DNA of 64,000 bases, from assembly GCF_009914755.1 (NCBI RefSeq), contig NC_060933.1. One strand, written 5' to 3'. The notes beneath the pieces were generated by a model. The model searched no databases. It had not been told where the DNA came from and saw only the letters and a program-made list of their open reading frames with translations. Shown here piece after piece: positions 25,736-41,139 of the stretch (the first letter of the stretch is position 1; every line of letters begins with the position of its first letter). The translations under genes and the position numbers were made by a program. The DNA comes from the human T2T-CHM13v2.0 reference genome, Homo sapiens.

Positions 25736-25915
25736 CAGTGGCTCTGGTCCATGGCTGCCCATTAAGATCACCTGGCAACTTATAGAAAACGCCAATGCAT
25801 ACGCTCTATCTGCAGGGAATGGGACTTCATTGGTCAAGCGGGGAGCTCAGGTAGAGGGCTTATTATTTTTAATGCTCCCAAGGCATTTCCTATTTGCACC
25901 AAGGAATGGCACTAC
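25736..25915. mobile_element. MER5B-like hAT MITE
   Basis: cagtgg…ggctgcccattaagatcacctgg…tttttaatgctcccaagg. Confidence 0.5.
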
Positions 25916-26109
25916 TTGGTCAGGGCAGATTTGAAAGCATGTTTCATCGTATACTACTTGTATTGTCCTGACCAAGTTTGCTCATTTTCGAAGACAGGAC
26001 TAACAATTAATATTTCCCTGGATTGTTATTCCCTGGATGGGATCACATTTTCCCCATTTGGAACTGACATCGCTGCTTGAACTCTGTAGGCTACTATTTA
26101 ACAGGTCAA

Positions 26110-26235
26110 AGATTTAGATTTCCTTTTGTAAAATGGAGAGTTTTATAAGTATAAACATACAGGTTTAGTGTGGGGATTGAGTGAAATAACGTGAAAAGTA
26201 CTTAGTCCGGTGCTTGGCACATAATTAGATTTCAG
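26110..26235 (+). mobile_element. MIR
   Basis: tttccttttgtaaaatgg…gtggggattgagtgaaataacgtgaaaagtacttag. Confidence 0.65.
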
Positions 26236-26606
26236 CAGGCCTTAACCACTCTGTTCACTGCCTAGCAGAGTATTTGGCCAAGGGTACACTCTATAAATCT
26301 AAATCATTTCCTCTCCTTTCCTTCCATCTATCACTATCCCCTGTCCTGATCTCTATCGTTATAATTTGGGGTCTTTGTATTTAGTAACCAAATTCCTCTA
26401 CAGGAGATTAAGATGTCTAAGTACAATTTTGAATTCCGTCTCTTTTAAAATGATGGTGAATTAAAGAGGACACAGTGTGTGTACTTGTGGGACAATGAAT
26501 ATACTTATAGATACAGTTAAGATATTACTCAGGTTCTAGTTTTTAAAGGTAAAGCATGTAAACATTGGGCAATGCCAGGCACCTCATAGAAACTCACAAA
26601 CATTCA

Positions 26607-26779
26607 CAGTACCTTATTACTCAAAGTACAGTCCTTGGACCAACAGAATCAGCATCTCTTGGGAGCTCGGTAGGAAACCATGTTCTGAGGCCCCACCTCA
26701 GAACTGCCAAATCAAAATCTGCATTTAAACAATATGGCCAAGTGATTTGTGCACACACTGAAGTGTGAGAAAGACCGCC
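26607..26779. mobile_element. MER5A1-like hAT MITE
   Basis: tactcaaagt…atcagcatctcttgggagct…aatcaaaatctgcatttaaaca. Confidence 0.7.
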
Positions 26780-28452
26780 ATAGAATGATAAAATGATGGC
26801 TGACAATTGAAAGTACCCATGGACCTAGTTTACAGAGGTATTAGTATCAATTCCTCACTGCTACTCCAGGCCATCCTCAGCCCAGGCTGCCAAATCAGCT
26901 ACTAGGACCACATTGTTGCAGTGTGAGGAAAAGCTCTGAGTCTGAAGTGGCTCTAAACCAAATGCTCTAAACCAAATCCCTTTAGTGTGAACATACAGAG
27001 TCCTGGCCCTATTCACAAGCTGTGCCTCACACCCCATCACCTTTTTCCCATACCCGGATCTCCAGATCTCATCCTGACCTCCTGGACCTAGGGCTCATTG
27101 CCTTAGCCTCTGAAAATTCTCATACTTTCCCACTGGATCTGGCAAATGGTGATGCTCTTTCACTCCTCATTCTTGACTTTCCCCTTTTGGCTGCAATTGG
27201 CTCTTCTTATGTTCTCCTCTTCTTCCCACTCTGTAAAACAGCTCCACCCGGGAGGTGAGGACTCTAGAACTAGACTGGCCACTGAGAAAGGAAATCTGGG
27301 TAAGGAGGCAGAGTCAAGTGGGCTGTTGAGGGCTGCTTTGACCCTTTCAAAGTCATCTGAGCCTCAGGCTGGCTCTGCGGGGGTGCAGCATTCCTTACAG
27401 GAGCATCATTTCTTAGAGGAGGTGTGGGGTGGGAGAGGGAGTCTGTGAATGCTGCCAGAGTAACCCTTGTTTGGTAAAGGGAACACTGCAAGTGGCTAAT
27501 ACCACTCCTGATTTTCTCTTTAGGAACTGCCATTTTGAAATGGCCTTTCAGGTTCTGGACTTTCTCCCTGTCTATTCATCTTGACCAAATTGGTTAAATA
27601 AAAGACACTCCGCTGTGCAAACCAAAATTATGTGGGGAATGAAACTCAATAAAAGCTGCATCTGATGTATACATCAATAGATCATTCATTCAGCAGTTGC
27701 TAAAGAGGATCCACCAAGCTGCCCTTGTTTTCCTGCAGATATGGTATTTTTGTTTATTTTAGTGCATACTGTTTGGCATCTTAAAGTAGTTTTTTATTCC
27801 AGTCATTTCACAAGCAAACTGATTTCACTGGTAAATTCCCCCCATAATGGCAATTTCACCACTTATTTTCATTTTACTAGGAGACGGCCTGTGGATTATT
27901 AAGCAGGTGTCAGCTCTCACCCACCCACATACCTTCAATGCAATCAGAAAAAGATGTCAACAGTTCTAAGGTGCGCCCAGATGATATGTAGTTTCCACAG
28001 TTTCACATTTGGAGGCATATATCATGCTATTTATGCATATAGGTTAGCTCAAGTATTTGGGATTTGTTTTAAAGCCTACTAAATTAATTTGAGGATCTCT
28101 GAATGCAACGATACAGATTTTAATTGGCTATGTTCTAGTAATATATGATTTTATACTGAATTAAAATATACTGTTATTGGTATTAGTTTAGGTTTTAAAT
28201 AATATTTTGTATTTCACAAAGCCCATTTAAAAAGGTATTTGACTAGAATGAATAATACTCTATGAGACTGGCAAATTCAGGAAAAGGCAGTCTGTGGCAT
28301 CTTACACCTATAAGTTCAACTGATGTGGGGGGTTGGCGTGATCCATTCCGCTCGATGAGCTAACTATTCCTGTTATAATCACACCTTCCTCCAATGCAGT
28401 AACACTCACATATTACCAATTAGGCAGATACTTTTTCATCCAGTCCCTAATA

Positions 28453-28661
28453 TAGTATTTTTCAAAATGCCAGTTACAATCCTTTAGTGAGCCATAAAAA
28501 CAATTTAGTGAGTTTCATACGGTATCTAAAACAATAGAATTGAATAGATCAGAGTGCCTCACAGGCAAATTTCAGTGACATGTATGTGTGTGTATAATTA
28601 CATGGTAATATAGATTATATTGCTTATTATGGGTTGTAAAAAAAAAAGTTTGAAATACACA
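28453..28661. mobile_element. MER112-like hAT-Charlie
   Basis: caatttagtgagt…aatagaattgaatagatcagagtgc…aaaaaagtttgaaa. Confidence 0.6.
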
Positions 28662-28844
28662 AATGAACCTAATATTGGTTCCCTCTTGAAATGATTCCAT
28701 GATTTGGAAATCAAGGATTTTTATCTCTTAAGAAGCCAGAGTCCTTAGATCGCTACAAAGCTAATGGCTATCGCCATGTCCAAGGAATGGCTCTGGATCC
28801 TCTAGTTAATTAATAATATTGAGAATTATCTAATTATCCAAATT

Positions 28845-29036
28845 GGAGGTTTTCAAAGTGTGGACCCAGGACCAGCAGCATCAGCTCTCAGCATCACCTG
28901 GGAACTTGTTAGAAATGCAGCTTCATAGGTCCCACCCTAGACCTGCTGAATTAAAATTTTAGAGAAGGGGCCAGCGATCTGTGCTTTAACAGCCCTCCAG
29001 GTGATTCTGATGCGTGCTGACATTTGAGAACCACTG
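28845..29036. mobile_element. MER5A
   Basis: ggaccagcagcatcagc…cagcatcacctgggaacttgttagaaatgca…tttgagaaccactg. Confidence 0.88.
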
Positions 29037-29898
29037 GTCTATCCCTATATGCAACCCAAGTATGAGTCTGGATTTTGCTTCTACTTGTTTATATATGACC
29101 TCTTCCATCTGAAAACCCCACCCCAAGTATTTCTGCAGGGCCTCAGAGGGTGCCTCCCATATGATGATTAAGTCTATTCAGTTATGACTTCCAACAATGT
29201 TTTCCTCCCCTTTTGCCCGTAGCCTCCTGCCCTCGGTTCTGCTAAGACCTGCTGGGTACTGAGACTACCTTTGTTTGGGCTTGCTGTCTCCCACTGGTAC
29301 CATGAAGGCCCGGAAATGCCAGTGCTATACATGGCTACTTCATAAAGCCGGAGAACACAGCATAGTCAGAGGCAGGGGCTTATTTTATGCAGAACCGTAT
29401 AAACTCATACTAAATGGTTTTGTTTGAAAATATCACAGTCCATCCTATTCACTGAAGGCTCTTTAATATAATTTGATATATCAGTAATTCTTGTGTGATT
29501 TTATGTCCATTTTATGCACTTTTTAGATCTTGAACAGAGATAGCTTATTTAATATTTCCATAAATCTTATGAGGACTAAATAAGATAACTTAGATAAAAT
29601 GATTTTTAGGTGTATGGCACAAAGTATGCATTCGGTTTCTCTCTGGCAAGATGAAGACCCTTGGCTGTTAGTTTAACAAGGTACAAGACTTTTCCTCAAC
29701 TGTAAGTGTTCTGGTTTCCACAATATGAGCCCTAGTGTTTAGGGGACTACACGCATATACTTACATGAGGTTTTCAATCTGGAGGGGCTAAGTAGTGTTT
29801 TTCCAACAGAAATCCCAGTGTTTAAGTGGCATAGAATTTTCTAAGGACTCAAAGGGCAGAGAATAGTAGGCTCTTTAGGGTAAAAAATTCTGCCATCA

Positions 29899-30126
29899 CG
29901 TCACACACACACACATCCTACAAATATCCCCACCCCCTACACCACATACTATATACACACATGGACAGACATACATGCACACCTTACAAACACATGGCAC
30001 ACATAACCATGTCCATACCACACACTGCTCCACACTTTCCCCCATATCATACACCAAGCACAAACTCACACACATACATAACACCCACACACATAACACA
30101 AACACACACAAACACACACACACACA
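29899..30126 (+). repeat. Degenerate CA-rich microsatellite / low-complexity tract
   Basis: Imperfect (CA)n with cacac, acata and ccac variants over about 230 bp. Confidence 0.85.
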
Positions 30127-30286
30127 GAGTCAGTAGGGTCTTGCTGCTATGGATTCTCTTTGCCCTGCCTCTGAGCCTGCTTCTACTCTGTATCATTTGG
30201 GAGATGAGGCAGCCATGTCTTTTCCTTGACCTCTAGCCATGAGAGTAGGTGGGAAAAATGTAAAGTGTGGTTTAAAGAAATGTGAA

Positions 30287-31362
<1,076 letters not shown>

Positions 31363-31364
31363 TC

Positions 31365-34300
31365 TTTTTTTAATCTTTTTATTGTGGTAAAATGTACCAC
31401 ATACAATTTACCATCTTAATTTATAATTGTAAGTTCAATGTTATTAAATATATTCATAATGTTCAATAATCACCATCATTCATCTCTATAACTCTTTTCA
31501 TCTTGTAAAACTGAAATTCTGTACCCATTAAATAACTATTATCTCCTCCCACTAGTGGGCAACCACCATTCCACTTTCTGTCTCTATGATTTTGACTACT
31601 CTAAGTATCTCATGTAAGTGGAATTATACAGCATGTGTCTTTTGTGACTGGCTTATTTCACTTAGCATAATGTTCTAAAGGTTCATCCATGTTGTAGTTG
31701 TAGTATATGTTAGCATTTCCTTTTGAAGGCTGAATAATATTCCATTGTATGTATAGCTCATATTTTGCTTACCCATTAATCCATCAATGGATACTTTGGT
31801 TGCTTTCATGTTTTCCCTATTGTGAGTAATGCTGCTATGAACATAAATATGCAAGTATCTTTGAGATTCTGCTTTCAGTTTTTTTAATTTATCCAGAAGT
31901 GGAACTGCTGGATCATATAGTAATTTTAGTTTTAATTTCGAACTGTCATACTGTTTTCCACAGTGGCTCTACCATTTTACATTCTCACCAACAAGGGTTC
32001 CAATTTCTCCACATTCTTGTCACCATCTGTTACTTTCTCTTTTTTTCTTCTTCTTTTTTCTTTTTTTCATAGAAACCATACCACTAGATGTGAGGTCATA
32101 TCTCATTGCAGTTTTCATGTGTATTTTCCTAATGAACAGTCACGTTGAACATCTTTTCATGTGCTTACTGGGCATTTATATATTTTCTTTAGAGAAATGT
32201 CTGTTCAAGTTCTTTGACCATTTTTGATATGGGTTGTTTTTCTTGTAATTGTTGAGTTTTTTAATATAGGAGTTCTCTGTGTAGTCTGGATATTAACCCT
32301 CTGTCAGACATATTATTTGCAAATATTTTCTCCCATTATGTGGATCGCTTTTTTACTCCATTGAAATTGAATTTTAATGTAAAAATTTTACCAATTTTGT
32401 GAAGTCCCATTTGTCTGTTCTACTGTTGTTGCCTATGTCTTTGGTGTCATGTCCAAGAAAATGTTACTGAATCCAATTTCATTAATATTTTTCTCCATTA
32501 TTTTCTTGTTATTATTTTTTTTTTATTTTGGAGACAGGGTCTCGCTCTGTCACTTAGGCTGGAGTGCAGTGGCATAATCTTGACTCACTACAACCTCTAT
32601 CTTAGGGCACAAGCAATCCTCCCACCTCAGCCTCCTGAGTAGCTGGGACTACAGGTGCATGCCACCACGCCTGGCTAATTTTTTTGTAGAGATTGGGTTT
32701 TGCCATGTTGTTCAGGGTGGTCTTAAACTCTTGAGCTCAAGTGATCTGCCTGCTTTGGCCTCTCAATATAGTGGGATTACAGGTGCAAGCCACCATGCCC
32801 AGCCTCTCTCATGTTTTCTTCTAAGGGTTTTACAGTTTTCAGTTTTATACTTGGGTCTTTGAGAACTTTTTGTTAACTTTTGTATATGGTATAAAGTTAT
32901 GTGTCCAACTTCTTTCTCTTGCCTGGTACCATTTGTTGAAACGTTTCCCCATTTCAACAAATGGTGAAACAAATGGTTTTCCCATTGAATGGTTTTGGCA
33001 CCCTTGCCAAAGATCATTTGACCATGTATGTGAGGGTTTATTTCTGGGCTCTGTGTTCTATTCCATTTGTCTAGATGCCTGGGTTTATTTCAGTACTGTG
33101 CTATTTTGATGGCTGTAGCTTGGTAGTTTTGGAATCAGAAAGTGTGAGACCTCCAACTTCGTTCTCTTTCAATATTTTGGCTATTTGGGGTCCCTTACGG
33201 CTTTCCATATGAATGTTGAGATGGATTTTTTGTTGCTGAAAAAACATCCTTTGGATTTTGAGAGAGATTTCACTGAACCTATAGGCTGTTTGGGGTGGTA
33301 TTGAGTTTTTAACAATATTAATTATTCCAATCCATGTACATGGAATGTCTATCCATTTATTTGTACCTTCTTTATTTCAGCAACATTTTGTAGTTCTCAG
33401 TGTATGGGTTTTTCTTCTCCTTGGTTAAGTTCATTTCTAACTATTTTATTGTTTTCGATGCTATTGTAAATGGATTTGTTCTCTCGATTTTCTTTTTGGA
33501 TGATTCATTGTGAGTATATAGAAATGCAACTAAACATTTTGTGTTGATTTTTTTTCTTGAAACTTTGCTTAATTAGTTTATTGTTAATTCTAACAGGGTA
33601 TGTGTATGTGTGTATAATCTTAGGGTTTTTTATATATAAAATAATGCCATCTGCAAATGGAGATACTTTCACTCTTTCCACTTTGTATGCCTTTTATTTC
33701 TTTTTTTTTGGTCTAATTGTTCTAGCTAAGACCTAGTACTGCATTGATCAGAAGTGGTAAAAACAACATCCTTGTATTGCAGAAAGAAATTTCACTTTGT
33801 CATGGTGTGTAAGCCTTTTAATGTACTGTTGAATTCAGTTTGCTGGTAAGTTGTTATTTTTGCATCAGTATTCCATCGGGGACATTGGTCCTTAGTTTTC
33901 TTTTCTTGCATTGTCTTTGTCTGGCTTTGGTATCAGTATAATGCTTACCTCATAGAATGCGTTTGGAAGTGTTCCCTCCTCTTCAGTTTTTTAGAAAAGT
34001 TTGAGGAGGATTGGCATCAATTCTTCTTTGAATGTTTAGTAAAATTCATCAGTAAAGCCATTGAACCCTGGGCTTTTCTTTGTTGAGAAGTTTTTGTTAT
34101 TCAGATTTTCCATTTCTTCATGATTTAGTCTTGGTAGGATGTGTACTTCTAGGAATTTATCCACTTCTTCTAGTTGTTGGTGTACAGTTGTTCATAATTT
34201 TCTCTTAGAATTCTTTTATTTTTCATAAAATTTCCCATTATGTGCCCCATTTTGTTTCTGATTTTAGTTAAGTCTTTCCTCTTTTTTTCTTAGTCAATCT

Positions 34301-34640
34301 AGCTAAAGACTTATCAATTTTATTGATCTTTTTGAAGAAGCAAATCTTGGTTTTTAAAATTTTCTCTACTATTTTTCTCTATTTTGTTTATCTCTGTTCT
34401 AATATTTATTATTTCTTTCCTTCTGCTAACTTTGGTTTCAGATTGTTTTCTTTTTCCAGTTTTTTAAAGTGTAAGGTTAGGTTATTGATTTGATATCTTT
34501 CTTCTTTTTTAATGCAAAGGTTTGCAGCTGTAAATTTCCCTCTTGGCACTGCTTTTGCTGCATTTTGTAAGTTTTGATATTTTTTTCGTTTTTATTTGTC
34601 TGGGGATACTTTCTAATTTTTCCTGTGATTTATTATTTTT
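31365..34640 (-). mobile_element. L1MB3-like (3' UTR + ORF2), split by AluJ
   Basis: ttattgtggtaaaat…catcttgtaaaactgaaattctgtacccattaaa; ORF 32763-33017 IFGKGAKTIQW is ORF2-like. Confidence 0.88.
32508..32804 (-). mobile_element. AluJ
   Basis: gagacagggtctcgctc…caagcaatcctcccacc; TSD tctccattattttctt / tctctcatgttttctt. Confidence 0.92.
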
Positions 34641-34787
34641 TTCAGCTAGTGTTTGTTTAAATCTTCCCATGCATTAGTGATTCCTTTGCTTATCATTACT
34701 TCTGTATTCACACTTTTTTTTCTGGGATTATTTCTTTTCTTCTGAGGTTTATCCTTTAGGAGTTCCTTTGGTGAATTAGAAAACTAA

Positions 34788-35171
<384 letters not shown>

Positions 35172-35176
35172 TCTCA

Positions 35177-35234
35177 AACAAACCTGCACATTGTGCATAT
35201 GTACCTTAGAACTTAAAGTATAATAAATAAATAA
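35177..35234 (+). mobile_element. Minimal L1PA 3' terminus (~45 bp + A-rich tail)
   Basis: aacaaacctgcacattgtgcatatgtaccttagaacttaaagtataataaataaataa; compare 18990-19037. Confidence 0.88.
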
Positions 35235-35340
35235 GAGAAAATATTTATCTTCCAAAAAAAAGTGGTTTCACTAGGTATAGAATTCCAGGTATCAGTATTT
35301 TTAACATATCGTGTGACCGTCTTTGGCTTTCTGAGGTTGC

Positions 35341-35799
35341 TATGGTAAGCGGAATAATGGACTTCCCAAAAGGTCCTCATTCTCATCCCTGGAATCTGTG
35401 AATATGTTACTTTACATGGTAAAAGGGACTTTACAGATGTGATTAAGTTAAGGATCTTGAGATGTGGAGATTCTTCTGGATTATTTGCATACACGAAATA
35501 AACACAAGAGTCATGATAAGAGATAGGTACTAGGATTAAAGTCAGTAGTAGGAAATATGATAATAGAGATTGGTGTAATGGAGCTGTGGAGTGCTGGCAG
35601 CCTTTAGAAGCTGAGAGGCGCAAGGAACAGGTTTTCCCCTGGAATCTCTGAAAGGAACCAGCTCGCTGACATCTTGATTTTGGCCCCATAAGATTCATTT
35701 TGAACTTCTGACCTCCAAGACCATAAGAGAATAACTGTATGTTTTTTAAGTCACTAAATTTGTGATAATTTGTCACAGCAGCAATAAAAATCTAAGGCA
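35341..35799 (+). mobile_element. MLT1D solo LTR
   Basis: ctgtgaatatgttactttacatggtaaaagggactttacagatgtgattaagttaaggatcttgagat. Confidence 0.85.
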
Positions 35800-36811
35800 G
35801 GCTGTTGTTGGTCTAATTATAGTTCTACTTTAATCGTTGTTTTTTTGTGTTTTTTTTTTTAATCTCTGGCTGCTCTTAAAGTTTTCAGTTTTGTCTTTGG
35901 TATTCTGTAATTTTATTTTGACGTCTAAGCTTGGATATCTTTTTATTTATTGTGCTTGAGATTCGTTGGGTTTTCTAACTGGTGTCTTTGATCATTGCTA
36001 GGAAATTTTCACCATTGCCTCTTCTAACATCAACAGTCTCCTCCATTCTATTATATCCTCTTGGAAACCCACATTATGTTTGCAGGTATTTTTACCGTAT
36101 CCTGCATGTCCCTGTTTCTATGGGCTACATACTCTGTACTTTCTCAAATCTCCTTTCCATAGTCCCTGTTTACCTGCGTCTAATCTTCTGTTTATTCTGT
36201 CCATTGACGTTTTAATGGAAATGGTCATATTTTACATTTCTAAAAGCTCTATTTGGTCCTTTTTCAAATATGTCTGGTCAGTTTTGATAGCCTTATATTA
36301 TTTTACCACACATTCAACATGGTATTTTATTTCTATAAACATAAAACACACTGATTTTATATTTAGTGTTCAATCATTCCATTATCTACAGTTTTTATAG
36401 ATAGAATAATGTGCTTTGTTGTTGTTTCTCATGACTTGCTCATGGTGGTTTGTTCCCTCCTGTGCTCAGTGAGTTTTTGAGCTCTTGTGCCTTGTAAATT
36501 TTATGATGGATTTATGGAAATTCTTGTAGGTGTTTGTATAAACAGTGGTCCTCCAGAAATAATTTACATTTGCTTCTGCTAAGCACCTTGGAGAATTATC
36601 AACCAGGAAAAACTTTAAATTTCAGTTTAGGATTTTGTGTCACACAATCAGTATTAGTTTAAGCCCCACACCTCTGTGTTTTATGAGCTTGTGCATAAGG
36701 ATTTTAAGGGGAGACTTTAATCTTTTTTACTCTTCTCTCTTCTCTATCTAGGGTGAAGCCAAAGACATGTCAAAGCCATCTTCTTTCTCATGGTAGTTTC
36801 TTTTCTAGATC

Positions 36812-37188
36812 TGTATTAGTCCATTCTCATGCTGCTATAAAGAACTACCTGAGACTGGTTAATTTATAAAGGAAAGAGGTTTAATTGACTCACAGTTTTG
36901 CAGGGCTCAGGAGGCCTCAGGAAACTTACAATCCTTGTGGGAGGGGAAGCAAACACATCCTTCTTCACATGGTGGCAGGAGAGAGAAGTATAAGAGCAAA
37001 GAGGGAAAAGCCCCTTACAAAACCATCAGATCTTGTGAGAACTCACTCACTGTCACGAGAACAGCAGCATAAGGTAACCATCTCCATGATTCGGTTACCT
37101 CCCACTGGGTCCCTCCCATGATATGTGGAGATTATGGGAACTACAATTCAAGATGAGATTTGTAGGGGGACATAGCCAAACCATATCA
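36812..37188 (-). mobile_element. THE1C solo LTR
   Basis: tgtattagtccattctcatgctgc…gccaaaccatatca; TSD agatc / aggtc. Confidence 0.9.
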
Positions 37189-37532
37189 AGGTCACCCACT
37201 GAGCATGTCACATGTTTGATCACATGTGAATGGGGGAGAAGGTTTCTAATTAGACTTCCCAATCTGCCTAGGCCCAAGGCTTTGCCTCTGTCGTGAGTCC
37301 ATTAAAACCCAGGACCTGAGTTACCAGGGACTGGCAGATATCTCAAAGGCAAAACAGACTATAGTATTTGCTTATCGGCTACTGAGATTTTACTTCTTGT
37401 ATTTCTGAGTATTCCTTTATTTTCCTGGTAATTCATGTATACATTAAGAAATATGTCATCTGTATTTTATGCAGCATCTTTAGGTGTGAGGCCTCTAAAA
37501 AATCTAGTATGCTATATTGTTGAAAAGATCCT

Positions 37533-38584
37533 TGTATTAGTTATCTATCCCTGTGTAACATATTATCCAATACTTAGTGTATTCAAACAGAAAACAACTA
37601 TTATAAGTTCTGTGTGTCAGGAATGGATGTGCAGCTAATCTCTCTGCAAATCTGCAGTCAGTGTGTTGGCCAGGGCTTTCGTCACTTCTAGGCTCTGCTG
37701 AGGAAGGATCTGCTTCTAAGCTCACTCACAAGACTCTTGGAAGCTCATGAAATGTTTATTTCATGACTCACTCACATGGCTGTTGGCAAAACTCATGTCC
37801 TTGCTGGCTATTGGTTAGAGGCATTAGTTCCTTACCATGTGGATCTTTCCAAAGGGCAGGTCAAAACACAGCAGCTTGTTTCTCCTAGAGTCAGGACTCT
37901 GAGAGAGGGAAAGAGGGAGAAAGTAAGAAAAGACAAGGTGAGCAACATGGAAGTCACAGTTTTATGTAACCTAATTTCAGAAGTGACATCCCGTGACTTA
38001 CCATCTTCTATTCACCAGAATCAACTCACTATTTCTAGCCCATATTTAATGGGATGAGGGAGAAATGTATTTACCTAATGTGAATACCAGGAGGAAAGAA
38101 CCATTGGGAGCCGTTTTATTTTATGCTATTACTTTTGTCCTTTTTTTTTTTTTTTAACTTTCGTTTTACGTTGAGGAGACACCTGTGTAAGTTTGTTACC
38201 TGGGTATGTTGCATGATGCGAAGGTTTGGGTTATGGATGGTCCTGTCCCCCAGACACTGAGCATAATACTGAACAGTTTTTCAGCCCTTGACACCTCCCT
38301 CCTTCCCACCTCCAGTAGTCCCAGCTGTCCATTGTTGCCATCTTTATGTCCCTGAGTACCCAGCGTTTAGCTCTCGCCTATGAGTGAAAACATGCAGTAT
38401 TTCGTTTTCTGTTCCTGTGTTAATTTGCTTAGGATAGTGGCCGCCGGCTGAATCCGTGTTGCCTCAAAGGACATGATTTTTTTTTTGTTTTTTGGTGGCT
38501 CTGTAATATTGTATGGTATATATGTGCCACATTTTCGTTTTCCAATCTACCTCGGGGTGACCGTTTTAAAGGTTGCCTACCTCA
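37533..38584 (-). mobile_element. MLT1F-like LTR, split by L1PA
   Basis: tgtattagttatctat…ggatctgcttctaagctcactcac…tgtgaataccaggagg; end ggttgcctacctca after the L1. Confidence 0.75.
38119..38552 (-). mobile_element. L1PA16/17-like 3' end
   Basis: Poly(T), gtttgttacctgggtatgttgcatgatg…ctccagtagtccc; TSD core ccgtttta at 38111 and 38561. Confidence 0.82.
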
Positions 38585-38589
38585 CTTCT

Positions 38590-39440
38590 ATAAATCAATC
38601 TTTTTTCAATGAACACCAAAGTGGAAAAAAATTAGGAAAATAGGGATTTTTTTCAAATAAGAAATCTAAATGTCTGCTGAATATATAAAAAATGTACAAC
38701 TCTCTAGTAACCAAAGGAGTGTCATTTAAAATAGTAATTAGGTAACAATCTTCATCTGACAAATTTTTTAATGCCAGACGTTGAGAATATATAAAAACTA
38801 GCAAACTTGAACAAAGCTGGTAGGAGTGTAATTTAGTATCTATGTTGTGGTTTAATTTGGCAGTATGTCTTAATACCCTTAAAAGCCCAGGTGTCCTTAA
38901 AAATCTATATATTAAATCCATATTAAAAATTCATTGTTCCCAAATTTCACATTGAATCACTTATCCTAAGGAAAATTATAACATAATAAAAATATTTATG
39001 TAAACTATGGCCATATTTATGATAAAATCATTGGAAATAAATACCCCTTCTAAAAGAAGGCGTTGGTAAATAAATTGCCCCACACACTCATAAAAGAAAA
39101 CTATGCTTGTGTTAAAAATAATATTACAAATCTGCATACATTAACATGAAAAGAAATACCCAACATATTGTTTTGTAAGCAAAATAGTGTATATTGTATG
39201 GTTCATTTTTATTACACATAATGCTTAAATACATGTATATGTAGGGAAAAATAGAGTATAGGTAATGCTCAAAAACTTCTACATGTGGAGAAAAAATAGC
39301 AGACTATAGTAGACTATAGTTAATGAGGTCATCTATGGACAATGGAATTACAAGTGATTTTTATTTTCATCTTTCTTATCTGTATTGTCTAAATTCTCTA
39401 TAATAAAGCTTTACGATCATAATTTTAAACAAAAAATGTT
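38590..39440 (+). mobile_element. L1ME-type 3' region
   Basis: aatttggcagtatgtc; ttatcctaaggaaaatta; ggaattacaagtgatttttattttc. Confidence 0.6.
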
Positions 39441-39729
39441 TATTTCTAAAATAAAAACAAAAACTATAATCCCAGTAATCTGTAAGAATATATAACTTTC
39501 TAATTATCTAGTAGTTCTTTCTAATGTTTTCACTAGAATTTCAGAAATATACATTTGTCACTGCATTGAAGGTCAATGTGTAACGCCAATATTTATTTTG
39601 TAGCCAGGAGTCCTGCCATTAAGAAACGGTCTCCTGACCCACAGATAATTATGCATTTAATGTAATTTTCATATTGTTGCCCCATTATCAAACATAAAAA
39701 TAATCAAACTTATCATATGATAGTATAAA

Positions 39730-39935
39730 ACATACAAAGCAATTTTCACATCACCAGTTTATTCAGTCATCAAAATCCTACTGTTGAGATAGGTATCACA
39801 ATCATTGTCCATTTTACAAATGAGGAAATGAGGGTTCAAAAAGGTGAAGTAACTTATTGAAGACATGATTGTTAGCAAATGGAAGAGCTGAATCTAAGAA
39901 TTGTGCATCACTGACTCCAGGTGCTGGATGCCTTT
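39730..39935 (-). mobile_element. MIR
   Basis: ccattttacaaatgaggaaatgagggttcaaaaaggtgaagtaactt. Confidence 0.75.
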
Positions 39936-40828
39936 TAGCTTCCAAGACTTTGGTGCATCTACGTCATGCTGAGGCACTCTGCTAAGTGCAGGAAACAGAG
40001 GGATTAATAGGGACATTACTCTATCTTTGAGAGGTTTACATTAAACCCTGCAGGTACTCTTCTCACCTACAGATTGTTCTGCAAAAAAATGCCTGGAACA
40101 GACCATTCTTTATAATATACACACCCAGGTGTTTGAACCCATCGCTTGCTGACTAAGCCTATGTGTCCCTTTCATGTAATGATTTCCATAGCTGCATTTT
40201 ACATCTTGGCAGTCTAGGCTGGCTGGATTATCTAAGTTCAAGGACTTGCCTTACTTTTGAACACTGTGCAAAGTTAAAACTCTTCGCGTGTACCAGTAAT
40301 TGGAGTGGAGGATCTATGATGCCCAACAGGTTACTGCAGCTTCAGAGGAAAATGCAAAATGGTCCTCATAGGAAAATATATAATGTGCCCTCACAGCACT
40401 GTTCCTTGACTGCAGTAAGGAGTCAGGAAATGGTAGTTGGAACCCTCTGCAGAGCAGTCTTAGAAATTTGAATTAGAACTATTGAATTTAGTTATTGCTT
40501 TAATTTCTACTTGATTTCCACTTTTAATATCCCTGCCACTTTATGGGAATTAGTATGAAGTTCTATTTTCTCAGCTGTGTTGTGTAACATTCCTTTTCTA
40601 CTTGTATTTTTAAAATAAGCTAGTTCTGTTTTAAGAAAAGAAGGTGCCGTGTGTCATTAAAAAGCACACTTCTAAGAGAAAAAGAAGAATTCTGTGGCAG
40701 AATTGGAATCAAATAGCCCATTTTAAATAGTTAGGTTTGAAGTGTGATCATATTCACTTTATCTAATGAATTTAGTTAATTATCCTCAGCACATTTCATC
40801 TATATTCTTAACCCCCATTTTGAGATAA

Positions 40829-40842
40829 TAGTAGTAGTAGTA

Positions 40843-40885
<43 letters not shown>
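40829..40885 (+). repeat. Compound microsatellite (TAG)5(TAA)14
   Basis: Direct reading. Confidence 0.95.
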
Positions 40886-40887
<2 letters not shown>

Positions 40888-40949
40888 GTACTTATAGCCC
40901 TATGTTTGTTTTAACTGGCACCCAAAGGGAGGGATCAGTCCATTGTCAG

Positions 40950-41135
40950 GGCAACTGTAGTGTAGGGAAAATAGAAGTGGGATATGATTCAACTCAACAA
41001 AAATCCTTGCTCCCCAACCTACTAATTGTTTGACTTAGGTAAGTCACTTACGATCCCTGAACCTGTTTCCTATTTAGCAGATATGCATAACAATGGTTAT
41101 GAAGTTGCTGTAAGGATCAAACAGGATAATTCATA
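40950..41135 (+). mobile_element. MIR
   Basis: tgacttaggtaagtcactta…gttgctgtaaggatcaaa. Confidence 0.6.
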
Positions 41136-41139
41136 TAAT

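Noticed and set aside
26950-26977. 14-bp perfect tandem duplication (gctctaaaccaaat x2)
   Set aside because: Ordinary slippage duplication; similar small ones at ~39301 and ~45527.
35213-35776. Longest ORF (187 aa, minus)
   Set aside because: It is mostly the antisense reading of the MLT1D LTR.
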